Shown: piece by piece, positions 51,845 through 63,691 of the stretch | How positions within the stretch are numbered: the first letter of the stretch is position 1 | Layout of the letters: each line of letters starts with the position of its first letter | Origin: Pirellulales bacterium | GTDB taxonomy: Bacteria; Planctomycetota; Planctomycetia; Pirellulales; PALSA-1355 | Direction: 5' to 3' | Assembly (NCBI GenBank): GCA_963733035.1 | Contig: CAVTBU010000005.1 | Coordinates: forward strand, 2,080,001 to 2,144,000 | Length of the DNA: 64,000 nt | Notes under the pieces: generated by a model | The model's input: the letters and a program-made list of their open reading frames with translations, nothing else | What the model was told of the DNA's origin: nothing | The model's database searches: none | Position numbers and translations under genes: made by a program

Positions 51845-52432
51845 TTGCGCCCGAGCGTCGCTCTATTAGGGTGTGTGGCAGACTTACCAGCACCATCCGA
51901 CGACCAGCGGCTATTGCACGGCCTCGCGGCAGGGCAGGAGGAGGCTTTCTCCCAGCTCTACGATCTCTATGCAGCCCGGCTCTACCGCACAGCCGTTGGA
52001 ATCCTGGGCAGAAGCCAAGATGCCGAGGATTGTGTGCAGGAGGTGTTCGCCGCGCTGGTTCGCTCGCGGTCGAAGCTACCTCAAGTTCAAGATCTGGCGG
52101 CCTACCTGTTTGTGGCACTGCGCCGACAAGCCGCGCGACACTCGACGAGCCGGCGCAGACAACCCGCTAGCTTGACGGACGACTATCCCGAGCCGCCCCA
52201 GGCAGCTGTCGATCCACGCAGCGAGGCCTTGGCGGCCGCTCTAAGAGGTCTGACCGTCGAGCAACGTGAAGTGATTGCGTTGAAGATCAACGGAGAACTG
52301 ACGTTTGCCGAAATTGGCCAGGTGTTGAAGGTCAGCCCAAATACCGCGGCTAGTCGCTATCGCTACGCACTTGAGCGGCTGCGCGAGCGACTAAATCCCT
52401 GGATGCAAGGCAAGGATGCGAATGATCGATGA
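51845..52432 (+). CDS. ECF-type RNA polymerase sigma factor
   Basis: AFSQLYDLY, DAEDCVQEVF, QREVIALK, TFAEIGQVL, ASRYRYAL; start uncertain. Confidence 0.9.
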   Translation: MRPSVALLGCVADLPAPSDDQRLLHGLAAGQEEAFSQLYDLYAARLYRTAVGILGRSQDAEDCVQEVFAALVRSRSKLPQVQDLAAYLFVALRRQAARHSTSRRRQPASLTDDYPEPPQAAVDPRSEALAAALRGLTVEQREVIALKINGELTFAEIGQVLKVSPNTAASRYRYALERLRERLNPWMQGKDANDR

Positions 52433-52800
52433 TCCGGAATTACTCTTCCTCGAGCAAGAGCTTCGCGCACTGCAAGTAGAACCGAGCACCGCGTTACGCG
52501 ACCGGGTCCTGGCTACCGTGCGCTGCGAATTCCGCCATGAAGGTGTTAACGGTTGGGCCTGGACGGCGGCCGCAGCGGCGGCACTGGTCTTGCTGTCGGC
52601 CAACGTGTCGTGGCATGTCATACCGATGCCCTCGCCCATTAGCTCGCCGCACGAATCGCGTGCGGAGCTGACGGCCCAACTGCGAGAGCTATTGCCGGAG
52701 CTGTCGCCAGAAGACGCGAGACAACAAGCAGCGTGGATGGAAAACAATACTGGATTACCAAACGGTGATGCCGCTCGTGCGCGGCAATATTCGGCGTGCG
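52422..52800 (+). CDS. putative membrane anti-sigma factor (3' end uncertain; runs in frame into the next gene)
   Basis: Overlaps the sigma stop; LRDRVL helix followed by a WAWTAAAAAALVLL TM segment. Confidence 0.55.
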
Positions 52801-52849
52801 GCATTTCTGAATCGCTGGCAACACAACACAAAACTGCGGACGGACACAC

Positions 52850-54579
52850 GATGGGATATCTATTTCTTGGCATCGAGAATCTTGCCGTCACGCTGCTCTT
52901 TGTCGCAGTAGCAATTACGCTAATTAGCCGGTTGCATCGCCGCTGGTTGCGCATTATTCTGGCCGTTTCCGTCGTGCTCGTGCCGCTGCTCGGGTACGTG
53001 TTGTTAATCACCGTGGATGCCATGTTCGAATTCACGCAGCAGATGCGAACCGGCTGGTTCATTCCGCTAATACTGATGTCACTGCTGTTTCTGTCAGGCG
53101 CAACTTGGCTGGTGGTGCGGGGCTTATGGCCGCGCACGCCGTTGGTTGACTTTGCGGAACAATTACCGCCCGAACCGACGGCTCGTAGCTGGCCGCTTGG
53201 CAAGCTCGTCCTGGCCTTGGTTACGGCCGTGGTTTTGCAGGTGATTGCCTTTTCGAATTTGGATGCGACGGCGCGTCAAAGCCTCGATGTATTGCGCTCG
53301 GAAGCGTATGCCCTTTCGATGTCAGTAGCGCCCGAGCCGATCCCTGATCATGAAAACGCCGCGCTCGACTATCTAAAAGTCCAAGAGGCACTCCAGCGCG
53401 GGAAACCACCGTTTGGCAAGGTGTCGCCTGAGTGGCCGCAAATCTGGTTAGACGCCGAGAAATCATTGCAAGCCAACGAGCAGTCTGAGGACGAGTGAGC
53501 CGGCGACGAAGGCTTTCGATTTCGCCGCTGCGGAACTTGGCCGGTGGTTGGCCACTCGTCAGGGAGAGATGCAGCTGCTGCGCCGGGCCGCCGCCAAGCC
53601 GGGCTGCCGATTCGATCGCAACTATGGACAAATCGACTGGATCGAGATTCTGCCGGAAATCAGGAAATGAGTGACGCGGTACGGCTACTTGGCCGTCGAT
53701 GCCCGATACCGTGCCGCGACCGGGGATCTCGCAGGCGCACTCGCCAACGTGCAGGCCATGTACGGAATTTCACGGCATGTGGCCCGCGAACCGTTTGGCG
53801 TCACGATGCTCGTGGCTGCAGCGTTTGATTCGCTGTCTTTCGACACGCTTCAAGCCATCCTTCGTTCATGCGACACAACGCCTACCGAGTCACTGGCCGC
53901 GGACGTGGTCCAACGTCATTCTTACCGCCGAGACATGGATCGTATTCTGCGTAGCGCGGAGGCTATAACGCTCAATACCGCGATCAACCTCGACACGGTC
54001 GTGCAATCAAACTATGTCGATGGCGGCCTCTACGTAGTCGGTCAGTCGCAACTGAGCTCGCTGTATCGCATTTTTGTACTCCCGTCCGATTTGGAAACCT
54101 TTCGCAGCACCGTGCAACAGCTGTACCGTCTTTCGACGAGTCCGTATGACAATTCCAAGAAACGCCTTATGGAAGTCCGGTCCGCTTTGGGCAGTGATGT
54201 AGCGGGATCCTATATAACTGTAACCGGATCAATCCGCTCGTTATTGGATGAAATACAGCAGACCTACCTGGCCGACGCTCGCAACTACGTAGCGTACACA
54301 GCACTGGCCATGCACCGCTACCGGGCCCTGAACGGGCGGTTTCCAGATGCACTGGACGAGTTGACGCCGGACATCATCCCGATCATTCCCAGCGATCCGT
54401 TTGATGAACAGCGGCCACTCAAGCTGACAAAAACTGATAACGGCTGGGTCGTCTACAGCATTGGCCCCGATCAGCAGGATGGCCACGGCGAACCATGGAG
54501 GGCCGAGAGTAAGCTCGGCGATGTAGGTTTTGAATACGTCGAGAGGAATGGGGCCAAAGATGCAACCGAGACGGAATGA
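52850..54579 (+). pseudogene. multi-TM protein with large helical domain and GspG-like C-terminal motif, broken by several frameshifts at 53.49-53.70 kb
   Basis: Plausible coding sequence continues across frames (ENAALDY...LRRAAAKPGCRF...QEMSDAVRLL/AVDARYRA); C-terminal YRALNGRFPDALDEL...DPF...YSIGPD. May be intact in vivo. Confidence 0.55.
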
Positions 54580-54613
54580 CGTGCACACCACTGAGCCGTC
54601 TTCTTGCCCCCAC

Positions 54614-55769
54614 TCATTTCTTCGACTTTCCAATCATTCCGGCCGTGAAGCTCACCAGATCGCCGCGCTGGCGGCAAACTTGCATCAGCGGTTCGTAGTT
54701 TCCCGATCGCCGGGATAGTTCGAGTAGGTTGGGAGCAAAACCGCTCGTACGCATGCCAGCAGGAATTAACTCGACATCTGGCCGCAACAGCTTCGTCATG
54801 GCGGCCAAGTCGCGCGAGCAGCGCGATGTAAATTTCCGCCGGACCGGTTCCTTGCTCCTGCACGTTGGCCTGACGTGCCTGCTGGGCGAAATACTCTATG
54901 GCCTCTTCCACCCCTTTACCGAGCTGGGCTCCAAAGAAGAGTCCATGCGCGGGATAGACGTCGGCAAATGGAGGCTCGCCCGGGAATTGAAACTGCTTCG
55001 ACAACCGCTGGCCGTACTCCGTCAGATCGTACGCCACCGCGACGTGCGGCGGATCCTCCAGTACGCGGGCAAATCGCACCGTGGCAGCCAGGTGCGTGGT
55101 GTCCGTGTGGTAATTGTTCTCGCCAAACAACCAGTCGCGATCGGCCACGAGCGCGGCCAAGCTGGATTCAGGTGGCTCATTACCTTCCTGCCGAGCGATG
55201 TCGGCTCGCACGTTGGCCACCAGTTCCGCGTGCAAATGTTTGAGCAGGGCCGCGGAGCACGCTTGTTGATCAGCGCGGGGGCGGCCGAGTACGGCACCTT
55301 CGTAGGTAGTGATTGCGTTGCAAGTACCGTAGTTCTTGAGCACCAGGCGGTAGCCGATTGCCGGCGCAACGCCCTCGTGCAGTCCGATCTCGATAAGGTC
55401 CTGCAGGTTCTCTTCGTCGGGCGTTATTTTCTCGATTGCGGCCGCCACCAACTGTTTGTCGCCAACCGGGCGGAGGTACATCCACGCCTCGCGCAAACGC
55501 CCCTCATCCAGCAACAACGTTCCCACCTCGCGGCAACTCGCCAAGTACGCCTCTTCAACTTGCGACCGCAACGGCTCCTCCAGGTCGTCGATCGAGGTCG
55601 CCAGAATGACAGGCAGTCCCAGTCGCTGCCGAGTCTGCATCACTAGCACGTCAAACAGCTCGTGGTACTTCTTTTCGGCCTTCAGTTCGGCGACGAGCTT
55701 TTCGAAAACCGCCTCGAGCCCCTTCTCGTGTAATAGTGCCTGCAATTGATCAAACGTGTTTTCCGACAT
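54614..55769 (-). CDS. hypothetical helical protein (apparent frameshift near 54780)
   Basis: Long ORF from MSENTF; plausible C-terminus in ORF 54614..54808. Confidence 0.8.
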
Positions 55770-55890
55770 GATGGAACCACCAGGGCAGGGAAATCGGGCA
55801 GGATCGGGCTCATTCAAATCCTAACGCGGAAAGACTCCCCGCGAAACCCGCGCGGCGCGGCTGCGACGCCGCGGAAGCGTGAAATCTCAA

Positions 55891-56250
55891 CTAAGATTGA
55901 TCTTCGCGCGACAATTCAACAGAGGGTTGCGAGTTCGAATCCGCCGCCAGCGAAGTCAGTCGAGCGAGTCGCCAGAATCCGTAGGCAAACGTGGCGACGC
56001 AACAAGCTTTTATTGCGAGCAACCAGCGGGGTCTCCACCAGGCACCAGATTGCATTTCGAACAGATCGGAAATGCCAAATGCCAGAAATGCCACGCTCAA
56101 CATGACGAGCACCGCACGTCGCCTCGAACGTGTGAATGCGGACGCTGCTAGTAGCGCGAACGAGACGATTCCCCACAGCACTGCTTCCAACAGATTCCCG
56201 ATCCACGTAAGGTCCACCGCGGGCTCCTCGCAAGTTCCCTCTTGTCCCAT
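55891..56250 (-). CDS. small membrane protein
   Basis: Three hydrophobic segments; GNLLEAVLW, FGISDLFE, GAWWRP; the start may be GTG 56217. Confidence 0.7.
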   Translation of the reverse strand: MGQEGTCEEPAVDLTWIGNLLEAVLWGIVSFALLAASAFTRSRRRAVLVMLSVAFLAFGISDLFEMQSGAWWRPRWLLAIKACCVATFAYGFWRLARLTSLAADSNSQPSVELSREDQS

Positions 56251-56426
56251 CCTACCACGAGGGACGTGAAATGGACGTCGTTTCCGTCGATTCAGTATGC
56301 GACATTACGGTAGTGGGTCAGTGACCATTTACGGCGAACCTGACTCCAAGCGCATCTCGACCAGCTACTCCAAATCGAAAGACGGCGAATAGTAACTTAG
56401 GCCGCGTCCCCGGCTATACTGGCCGT

Positions 56427-56714
56427 ATGAGCGAGCCGGTATTCAAATTCAATCTGCTTACGACGTTTGAGTGCACTGCCTGGGCGGCATTGGGAGTACT
56501 GGCGGCAATTCGCGGATTTGCATCCTTGCCCTCATATCCGGAGCTAAACAACAAAACTTCTGTCGGCCTGTTTCTATTGGCTGGAGCTGCCGTTGGGGCG
56601 GCAATTGGAAGCTTGACCGGAAAGCGATCGCGGTTCGCGATATTCGGCTTGGTGGTTGTGCCGCTAATCGTGCGCCTGATCATCTGTGCGACCATTATCA
56701 ATTCTGCGAATTAG
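56427..56714 (+). CDS. small three-TM membrane protein
   Basis: ATG 6 nt after TATACT; hydrophobic segments; lower GC. Confidence 0.6.
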   Translation: MSEPVFKFNLLTTFECTAWAALGVLAAIRGFASLPSYPELNNKTSVGLFLLAGAAVGAAIGSLTGKRSRFAIFGLVVVPLIVRLIICATIINSAN

Positions 56715-56899
56715 ACTGACCGATTACCCTGCTCTTGGCGGGCCAATTTCAGGCTGACCCACTAGCGACATCACCTTGCGTGCGCTTCCGCACCGGTTAA
56801 ATGATGGTGCGGCGATTGCTGAGACGACCGACGCATTGATTCCGTCGCCGGTGGCATTTCTTCACTGGATCACCACTCGACACGTCGAGGTTAAACACT

Positions 56900-57908
56900 A
56901 TGAAAGCGTACGAAATTCAGGCCTTCGGCTTCGAGAACCTCAAGCTGGTCGAACATCCCGACCCCGAGCCGACGGCCGGTGAAGTGCTGCTCAAGATGCG
57001 GGCCTGGTCGCTCAACTTTCGCGACCTGATGGTCGCCAAGGGACACTACAACCCGCGGCTCAAGATGCCTGCTGTGCCGCTGTCCGATGGCGTCGGCGAG
57101 GTCGTGAAGATTGGCGAGGGGGTGTCGCGGGTCAAGGTGGGCGATCGCGTCGCCGGTTGCTTCATGCCGAAGTGGATCGCCGGAGAGATCGATGAAACGA
57201 AAGCCCGCAGCGCGCTCGGCGGCGGGGGACCCACCGGCATGCTGGCCGAGTACGTCGCCATCAGCGAGGAAGGCGTGGTGCACGTGCCCGAACATCTCTC
57301 GGACGAACAAGCCGCAGCGCCTCCTTGCGCGGCCGTTACCGCCTGGCACGCGCTCGTGCCTGAGGGACACGTCAAGAGCGGCGACACGGTGCTCGTGCAA
57401 GGGACCGGCGGCGTGTCGATGTTCGCCCTGCAGTTCGCCGCGATGCACGGTGCGCGCGTCATCGCCACCAGCAGCAGCGACGAAAAGCTGGCCAAGGCGC
57501 TCACGCTCGGCGCTTCGGATGGCATCAACTACAAGAGCACGCCGGAATGGGACAAACGTACGCTGGAACTGACGGGCTCGCGGGGTGGATTTCGTCGTCG
57601 AGGTCGGCGGCGCCGGCACGCTACCGCAGTCGATGAAGGCCGTTCGCCCCGGCGGTCAAATCAGCCTGATCGGCGTGCTTTCGGGCGGCGGACAGGTCAA
57701 TCCGATGCCTATCTTGATGAAAGGCATCCGCGTACAAGGCATCTTCGTCGGCTCGCGCGACATGTTCGAAGCCATGAACCGCGCGATTGCCCAGCACAAG
57801 ATGCAGCCAATCGTCGACCGCGTATTTCCCTTCGCCGAAGCGGTGGAAGCATTCCGCTACATGGAAAGCGGGGCTCACTTCGGGAAAGTCGCAATCAAGA
57901 TCGGTTGA
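56900..57908 (+). CDS. NAD(P)-dependent medium-chain alcohol dehydrogenase/quinone reductase (apparent frameshift near 57580)
   Basis: [27 protein letters not shown] and HFGKVAI in a second frame. Confidence 0.9.
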
Positions 57909-58003
57909 TCGCAAGAGCCAATGAAAACAACCAGGGCGAGCGAGTCGAGTCATCCTTCGCCCCCTCGTTCGCTGTTCCCGAAGGCCTTCTCTGCCTTCCG
58001 CGG

Positions 58004-60029
58004 TTACGCTTCGCCGGCTTGTTGTTCCCCGCTTTCGCGTTCGGCCGTTTCGGTCGCCGGGCGCTTGCGCTCGGTGGTGGTTCCGGGAACGATCTGCGGG
58101 CTGGGTGAGTTGGCTTCGATGATTCGCTTCAACTCGTCGGAGTCGATCACTTCATTTTCGATCAGCCGCGCACTCGAGCGCTTGCAGCGAGGCTCTGCGC
58201 GTTTCCAAGATGTGACGCACCTTCTCGAACGACTCGTCGATGATGCGTTTGACTTCCTCGTCGATCTCGCGGGCCGTTTGCTCGCTGTGACTGTGCTCGC
58301 GCTGCATGTCGCCGCTGCCCGCTAAAAACGGGCTGCGATTGCTTTCGCGGAAATTCACTCGGCCCAGGCGGCTCATGCCATAGTCCATCACCATGCTGCG
58401 GGCGATGGCGCTGGCACGTTCCAGGTCGTTCTGTGCACCGGTTGAGACATCTTCAAACACCATCTCCTCGGCACAAGTACCGGCCAACAACACTTGAATA
58501 CGGCTTTCCAACTCGCCCTGCGTGAGCAAATAGCGGTCTCCCTCGGGTCGCTGGAGCGTGTAGCCGAGCGCGGCCAACCCACGGGGAATAATGGATACCT
58601 TGTGCACCGGATCGGTATTCGGCAAGCAGTAGGCTACCAGCGCGTGGCCCGATTCGTGATAGGCCACCCGCAGTTTTTCGTCCTCGTGAATGATTCGCTG
58701 CCGCTTTTCCAAACCAGCGGTAACGCGTTCGACGCCTTCGTTGAACTCCTCCATGCCGACGGTCGTCTTGCCCTTGCGGGCCGCCAGCAGCGCTCCTTCG
58801 TTCACCAGGTTGGCCAAATCGGCACCGACGAAGCCGGAAGTGATCGCTGCGACTTCCTTCAGATTCACGCTCTCGTCGAGTTTCACGTTTTGCACGTGGA
58901 CTTTGAGAATTGCCTCTCGGCCGCGGACGTCGGGCCGGTCGACCAGCACGTGGCGATCGAACCGACCAGGCCGCAACAGCGCCGGGTCGAGCGTCTCGGG
59001 CCGATTGCTCGCCGCCAGCACGATCACCCCGCTATTGGAATCGAAGCCATCCATTTCCACGAGCAGGGCGTTGAGTGTCTGCTCACGTTCGTCGTGCCCA
59101 CCCACAATGCTACTGCCGCGCGTTTTGCCGAGCGCGTCGAGTTCGTCGATAAAGATGATGCAGGGGCTCTTGGCCTCGGCCTGCTGAAACATGTCGCGGA
59201 CGCGCGCCGCACCCACACCCACAAACATTTCAACGAAGTCCGAACCCGATAGGCTGAAGAACGGCACGCCTGCCTCGCCGGCGATGGCCTTGGCAAGTAG
59301 CGTTTTTCCCGTACCCGGAGGACCAACCAACAACAATCCTTTCGGGATCCGCCCGCCGAGGATTTGGTACTTCTCGGGCGTACGCAAGAACTCGACAACC
59401 TCGCGCAATTCGTCGACGGCTTCATCGATGCCGGCCACGTCTTCGAACGTCACGCCCAAGTCTTCCTGGGCGTACATCTTGCCGCGGCTGCGACCAAAAG
59501 CCATGGGCGAACCCGCGCCGCCAAGCCGGCGCATGAGATAGAAGAAAAACACAATGCACAGGCCGGTCAGCAGCAGCATCGGCAGATAGGCGCTCCACGG
59601 ACTGGGGCCATCCGAGTTGTCGAAGGGAATGCCCTTGTCGAGCAGAGCCTTCGACAACAGTTCGTCGCTAGGTTTGATATTCGTCGAGAAAGCAACTTGT
59701 TCCGGCTCCTTGGCGTCCGGCTTCTGCAGCATGATCTTGCCGGTGACTTTGAAGCTGCCAATCGTGATGTCCGTAGGTTTCGAAAACCGTAGCACCTGCG
59801 TCTTGTCGCCGCTGTGGCGTTCGACCTCGATATAGCCCTTGCCGTCCTCGTTGTTGACCAGCCGCACCAGGTCGCTGTATTGAAGCGTCTCGCCCGTGGT
59901 GCTAGTGAGGAGCATGACGACGAACGCCGTCAGCAGCCCCAGCGCGATCATGAACCACAGGATGTTGTTGTTGATCGGCGAGGCTTTTTTATCCGGCGGT
60001 CGACGTGAGGGCTCGCGGTCGTTTTTCAT
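58004..60029 (-). CDS. ftsH: ATP-dependent zinc metalloprotease FtsH (apparent frameshift near 58175)
   Basis: Two TM helices, [28 protein letters not shown]; tail RLIENEVID...QAGEA-stop in another frame. Confidence 0.95.
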
Positions 60030-60383
60030 CGCAAGGGGGCTCTCTGTTCTCGAAAAAAGACGGAACAATCCGGGCCAATTCAATTGGCCATCTGACGGGA
60101 CACCGGGTGGCGGTACGGCCACACCAAGGCACGAGACGGGAACACAAGCGGGCGTCTGTTCATAGTATGACTTAACTTTCCAAAATACAACGAGCCCCCC
60201 TCCGGTCGCACCGCAAGAAGCGATTGCAAGGGCGGCCGATATGTAATCGGGTCGAATGCGCCTTCTGGCCGGCTTCGGGTTGTGAATTTGGCGCTTCTGC
60301 CCTTAGAATGGCTCGTTGGCGGCGTTTTTCTGCTGAGCGCGTGGCGCCGCGTCGACCGCCACCTCCCTGCGAAGCGGTATGGT

Positions 60384-61547
60384 ATGGCTCCCTCGGTCGC
60401 CCGGGTGGCGATTTTAGGCTCGACCGGTTCAATCGGCCGCAACACGCTGGAAGTGATCGCCGCCTCGGGCGGCAGCTTACAGGCCGTGGCGCTTTCGGCC
60501 CACTCAAACCTGGAGTTGCTCGTGCAGCAGGCCGCTGCCGTGCGGCCGCGGTGGATCGTGGCTGCCGATGCTGATGCTGCCAGCACGTGCGATTGGTCGG
60601 CACTACCCGAGGGCGTTGACCGGCTCGCCGGCGCCGAGGCCCTGGAAACCGTCGCCCGGCGCCCGGAAGTTGATATCGTGGTGGCTGCCATTGTCGGAAG
60701 TGCCGGGCTACGGGGTACTTGGGCCGCCGTCGAAGCCGGCAAGAGGGTCGCTCTGGCCAACAAGGAAACGATGGTCGTGGCCGGCCCGCTGGTCACCGAA
60801 CTGGCGAACCATAGCGGAGCCAGCATCGTACCGGTCGATAGCGAGCACAGCGCCATTTTCCAGGCGATGCAGGCCGGGCGCCGGGACGAGGTCAAACGGA
60901 TCATCCTCACCGCCAGCGGGGGTCCGTTTCGCAATCACACCGCCGAGCAATTGGCCCAAGTGTGCGTCGAGGATGCTTTGCGCCACCCAACTTGGACCAT
61001 GGGCCCTAAAATTACCATCGACTCGGCCACGATGATGAACAAGGCGCTGGAGATCATCGAGGCCCGATGGCTGTTCGATTTGCGGCCCGATCAAATCGAC
61101 GTGGTCGTGCATCCGCAGTCGATCGTGCACTCGCTCGTGGAATTCGTCGACGGTTCGATCATTGCCCAGCTCGGTTCTCCCGATATGAAGCTGCCGATTC
61201 AGTATGCCCTGACCTACCCACGGCGGACGACCGGCTGCGCCACGCCGCTCGATTTCACCGAACGGATGCGGCTGGATTTCGAACCGCCCGACCTGGACCG
61301 TTTTCCGGCCTTGGAATTGGGCTTGGAGGTGGCCAAAGCGGGTGGGACGGCCGGAGCGGTGTTAAATGCGGCCAACGAAGCCGCGGTGGAACGGTTCCGT
61401 GCCGAAGAGCTACACTTTACCGAGATCGTGCCCAGTTGCCGGGCCGTCCTTGAACAACATCATTTCGACCCCAGTCCGTCGCTCGAACAACTCGAGAAGC
61501 TCGACGTCTGGGCTCGCCAGGAGGTACTTCGTTGGGCTTGTCTTTAA
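60384..61547 (+). CDS. dxr: 1-deoxy-D-xylulose 5-phosphate reductoisomerase
   Basis: ILGSTGSIG, LANKE, PVDSEHSAIFQ, HPTWTMGPKITIDSAT. Confidence 0.98.
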   Translation: MAPSVARVAILGSTGSIGRNTLEVIAASGGSLQAVALSAHSNLELLVQQAAAVRPRWIVAADADAASTCDWSALPEGVDRLAGAEALETVARRPEVDIVVAAIVGSAGLRGTWAAVEAGKRVALANKETMVVAGPLVTELANHSGASIVPVDSEHSAIFQAMQAGRRDEVKRIILTASGGPFRNHTAEQLAQVCVEDALRHPTWTMGPKITIDSATMMNKALEIIEARWLFDLRPDQIDVVVHPQSIVHSLVEFVDGSIIAQLGSPDMKLPIQYALTYPRRTTGCATPLDFTERMRLDFEPPDLDRFPALELGLEVAKAGGTAGAVLNAANEAAVERFRAEELHFTEIVPSCRAVLEQHHFDPSPSLEQLEKLDVWARQEVLRWACL

Positions 61548-63691
61548 TCGCGCTGTCGTCAGCCCTGTTGCCGCTCGCCCTCACGATGGCCGAGTTGCCC
61601 GGCACGATCCTGATCATTCTCGAAGTCGCCTTTGCGCTGGGGGCCGTTATTTTCGTTCACGAGCTGGGGCATTTTGCCGTGGCCAAGTGGTGCGGCGTGA
61701 AGTGCGAGAAGTTTTATCTCGGCTTCGACATCTACGGCCTCAAGCTGTTCAAGTATCAATACGGCGAAACGGAATACGGCATTGGCATCCTGCCGCTCGG
61801 TGGCTACGTAAAGATGCTGGGGCAGGACGACAACCCGTCGCACGCGGCCCAACAACGCGAGCAATCCACCGTCAATCCGGAGTCATCTGACGCCGTGCAG
61901 AAGCGCACCGCCGAGGGAACAACCGTATCGCTCGATCCTCGCAGCTACATGGCCAAGAGCGTGCCGCAACGGATGGCCATCATCTCGGCCGGCGTGATCA
62001 TGAACGTGATCTTCGCGTTCATCTTTGCCGTCGTGGCCTACAGCATGGGGGTGCCCGAAATCGTCTGTGGCATTTCTGGAGTCGTGCCCGGCGAACCGGC
62101 CTGGCGAGCGTCGTTGCAGCCCGGCGATCGTATTCTGGCGATCGAGGGTTATCACGGACCCGTGCGGTTCCGAGATTTGCGTTCCGCCGTGGCGCTGACG
62201 GACGTCACCAAGGGGGTCGATTTCACGATCAAGCGCGAGGGCGTCGAAGAACCCTTCCGCGTGAACCTGAAGCCAGATACCGCCGAAGGACGTTTGGTAC
62301 CAACCGTGGGTGTGCTATCGCCCAGTACGACACAGCTTGAGCGCAACCCGATTGTCGGGGGCGGCACCCCGGCGGCCGAAACGGGCAAGTTCAAAGTCGG
62401 CGACAAGATCACCGCGGTCGATGGCACTCCGGTAAAGACCTATGCGGAACTGCTGGCGCAACTGACCACGCAGGCCGACAAGCCGTTGACATTCACCGTC
62501 GAACGCAAGAACACCGAGCAACCGGATGAATCGGACGCCGTGACGATGCTCAACATCACGGTGCCACCGCGACCCATGCAGACGTTGGGCCTGGCGATGA
62601 CGATCGGTGAAATCACGGCCATTCAAGACAAGTCGCCCGCCGCCGAAGCGGGGCTGCGTCCGGGCGATCTGATCGAAACCGTCGACGGTGAGGCTCCCGG
62701 CGATCCGCTGCAACTGCCGGAGCTGCTGGAAAAACGCGCGGGCGAGAAGGTAATTCTCGGCATTCGCCGCCAAATATCCGAGGGGAAGAAGACCGAGACG
62801 CTCGAAAAGGAACTGACGCTCCGCAAGCGGCCTTGGCCTGAGCGGTCGCTGTTTCCCGGCAGTCCGGCGAGCGTCCCGGCGTTGGGATTGACTTACAAAG
62901 TCTTGGCTCGAATTCAGAAGATCGGACCCGAAGGTCCGGCCGCCAAGGCCAAGGTGACCAAAGACGACGAGCCGGCCGGCGCGCTGGCGGCTGGCGACGA
63001 AATCGTCTCGGCAGACTTCGTGCTCCCCGAGCTGTCGGAAGAGCAAAAAAAAGCACACGAAGAAGATCCGTCCATCGCCTGGCCAAGCGTTGGAGAACCG
63101 ATCAAGTTTTCGGACAAGATGGCCAATTGGCCGATGTTCTTCACCACGTTGCAAATGCTGCCGCCGGACACCAAAGTGACCGTGACGCTGGCCGACGGCC
63201 GCACGGCAACACTTGCTCCGACCCCGGCCGCGGACTGGTACTACTACGACCGTGGCTTTCGTTTTGGAGCCGAGATGGCGGTCGTGAAGGCCGATTCGTT
63301 CCAGGACGCCGTTGTTCTCGGAGGGCGCGAAACGAAAGACGCCCTATTGATGGTCTATCAGTTCCTGCGCCGTATCGGCACGCAGGTTTCGCCGTTCGCG
63401 TTGGGCGGTCCCGTGACGATCGTCAAGGCGGCCGGCGGCGAAGCCAGCGAAGGCATTCCGCGGCTGCTGTTGTTCCTGACGATGCTCAGCGCCAACCTGG
63501 CGGTGATCAACTTCCTGCCGATCCCGCTTCTAGACGGCGGGCACATGGTGTTTCTCATTCTTGAGGGCATCATGCGCCGCCCGGTGAGCGAAAAAGTCGT
63601 GGTCGCATTTCATTACCTTGGCTTCATCTTCATCATCAGCCTGATGATGTTCGTGCTGGGCCTCGACGTGGGCCTGATTCCGCGGTTCTAG
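61532..63691 (+). CDS. rseP: site-2 (M50) RIP metalloprotease RseP with multiple PDZ domains
   Basis: HELGH, PLGGYVKM, NFLPIPLLDGGH; downstream of dxr; start uncertain. Confidence 0.93.
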   Translation: MGLSLIALSSALLPLALTMAELPGTILIILEVAFALGAVIFVHELGHFAVAKWCGVKCEKFYLGFDIYGLKLFKYQYGETEYGIGILPLGGYVKMLGQDDNPSHAAQQREQSTVNPESSDAVQKRTAEGTTVSLDPRSYMAKSVPQRMAIISAGVIMNVIFAFIFAVVAYSMGVPEIVCGISGVVPGEPAWRASLQPGDRILAIEGYHGPVRFRDLRSAVALTDVTKGVDFTIKREGVEEPFRVNLKPDTAEGRLVPTVGVLSPSTTQLERNPIVGGGTPAAETGKFKVGDKITAVDGTPVKTYAELLAQLTTQADKPLTFTVERKNTEQPDESDAVTMLNITVPPRPMQTLGLAMTIGEITAIQDKSPAAEAGLRPGDLIETVDGEAPGDPLQLPELLEKRAGEKVILGIRRQISEGKKTETLEKELTLRKRPWPERSLFPGSPASVPALGLTYKVLARIQKIGPEGPAAKAKVTKDDEPAGALAAGDEIVSADFVLPELSEEQKKAHEEDPSIAWPSVGEPIKFSDKMANWPMFFTTLQMLPPDTKVTVTLADGRTATLAPTPAADWYYYDRGFRFGAEMAVVKADSFQDAVVLGGRETKDALLMVYQFLRRIGTQVSPFALGGPVTIVKAAGGEASEGIPRLLLFLTMLSANLAVINFLPIPLLDGGHMVFLILEGIMRRPVSEKVVVAFHYLGFIFIISLMMFVLGLDVGLIPRF

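Noticed and set aside
50862..52118. Long alternative ORFs (50862..52118, 33951..34805, 14959..15984, 28301..29314 and similar)
   Set aside because: Antisense shadows of real genes, expected with high-GC codon bias
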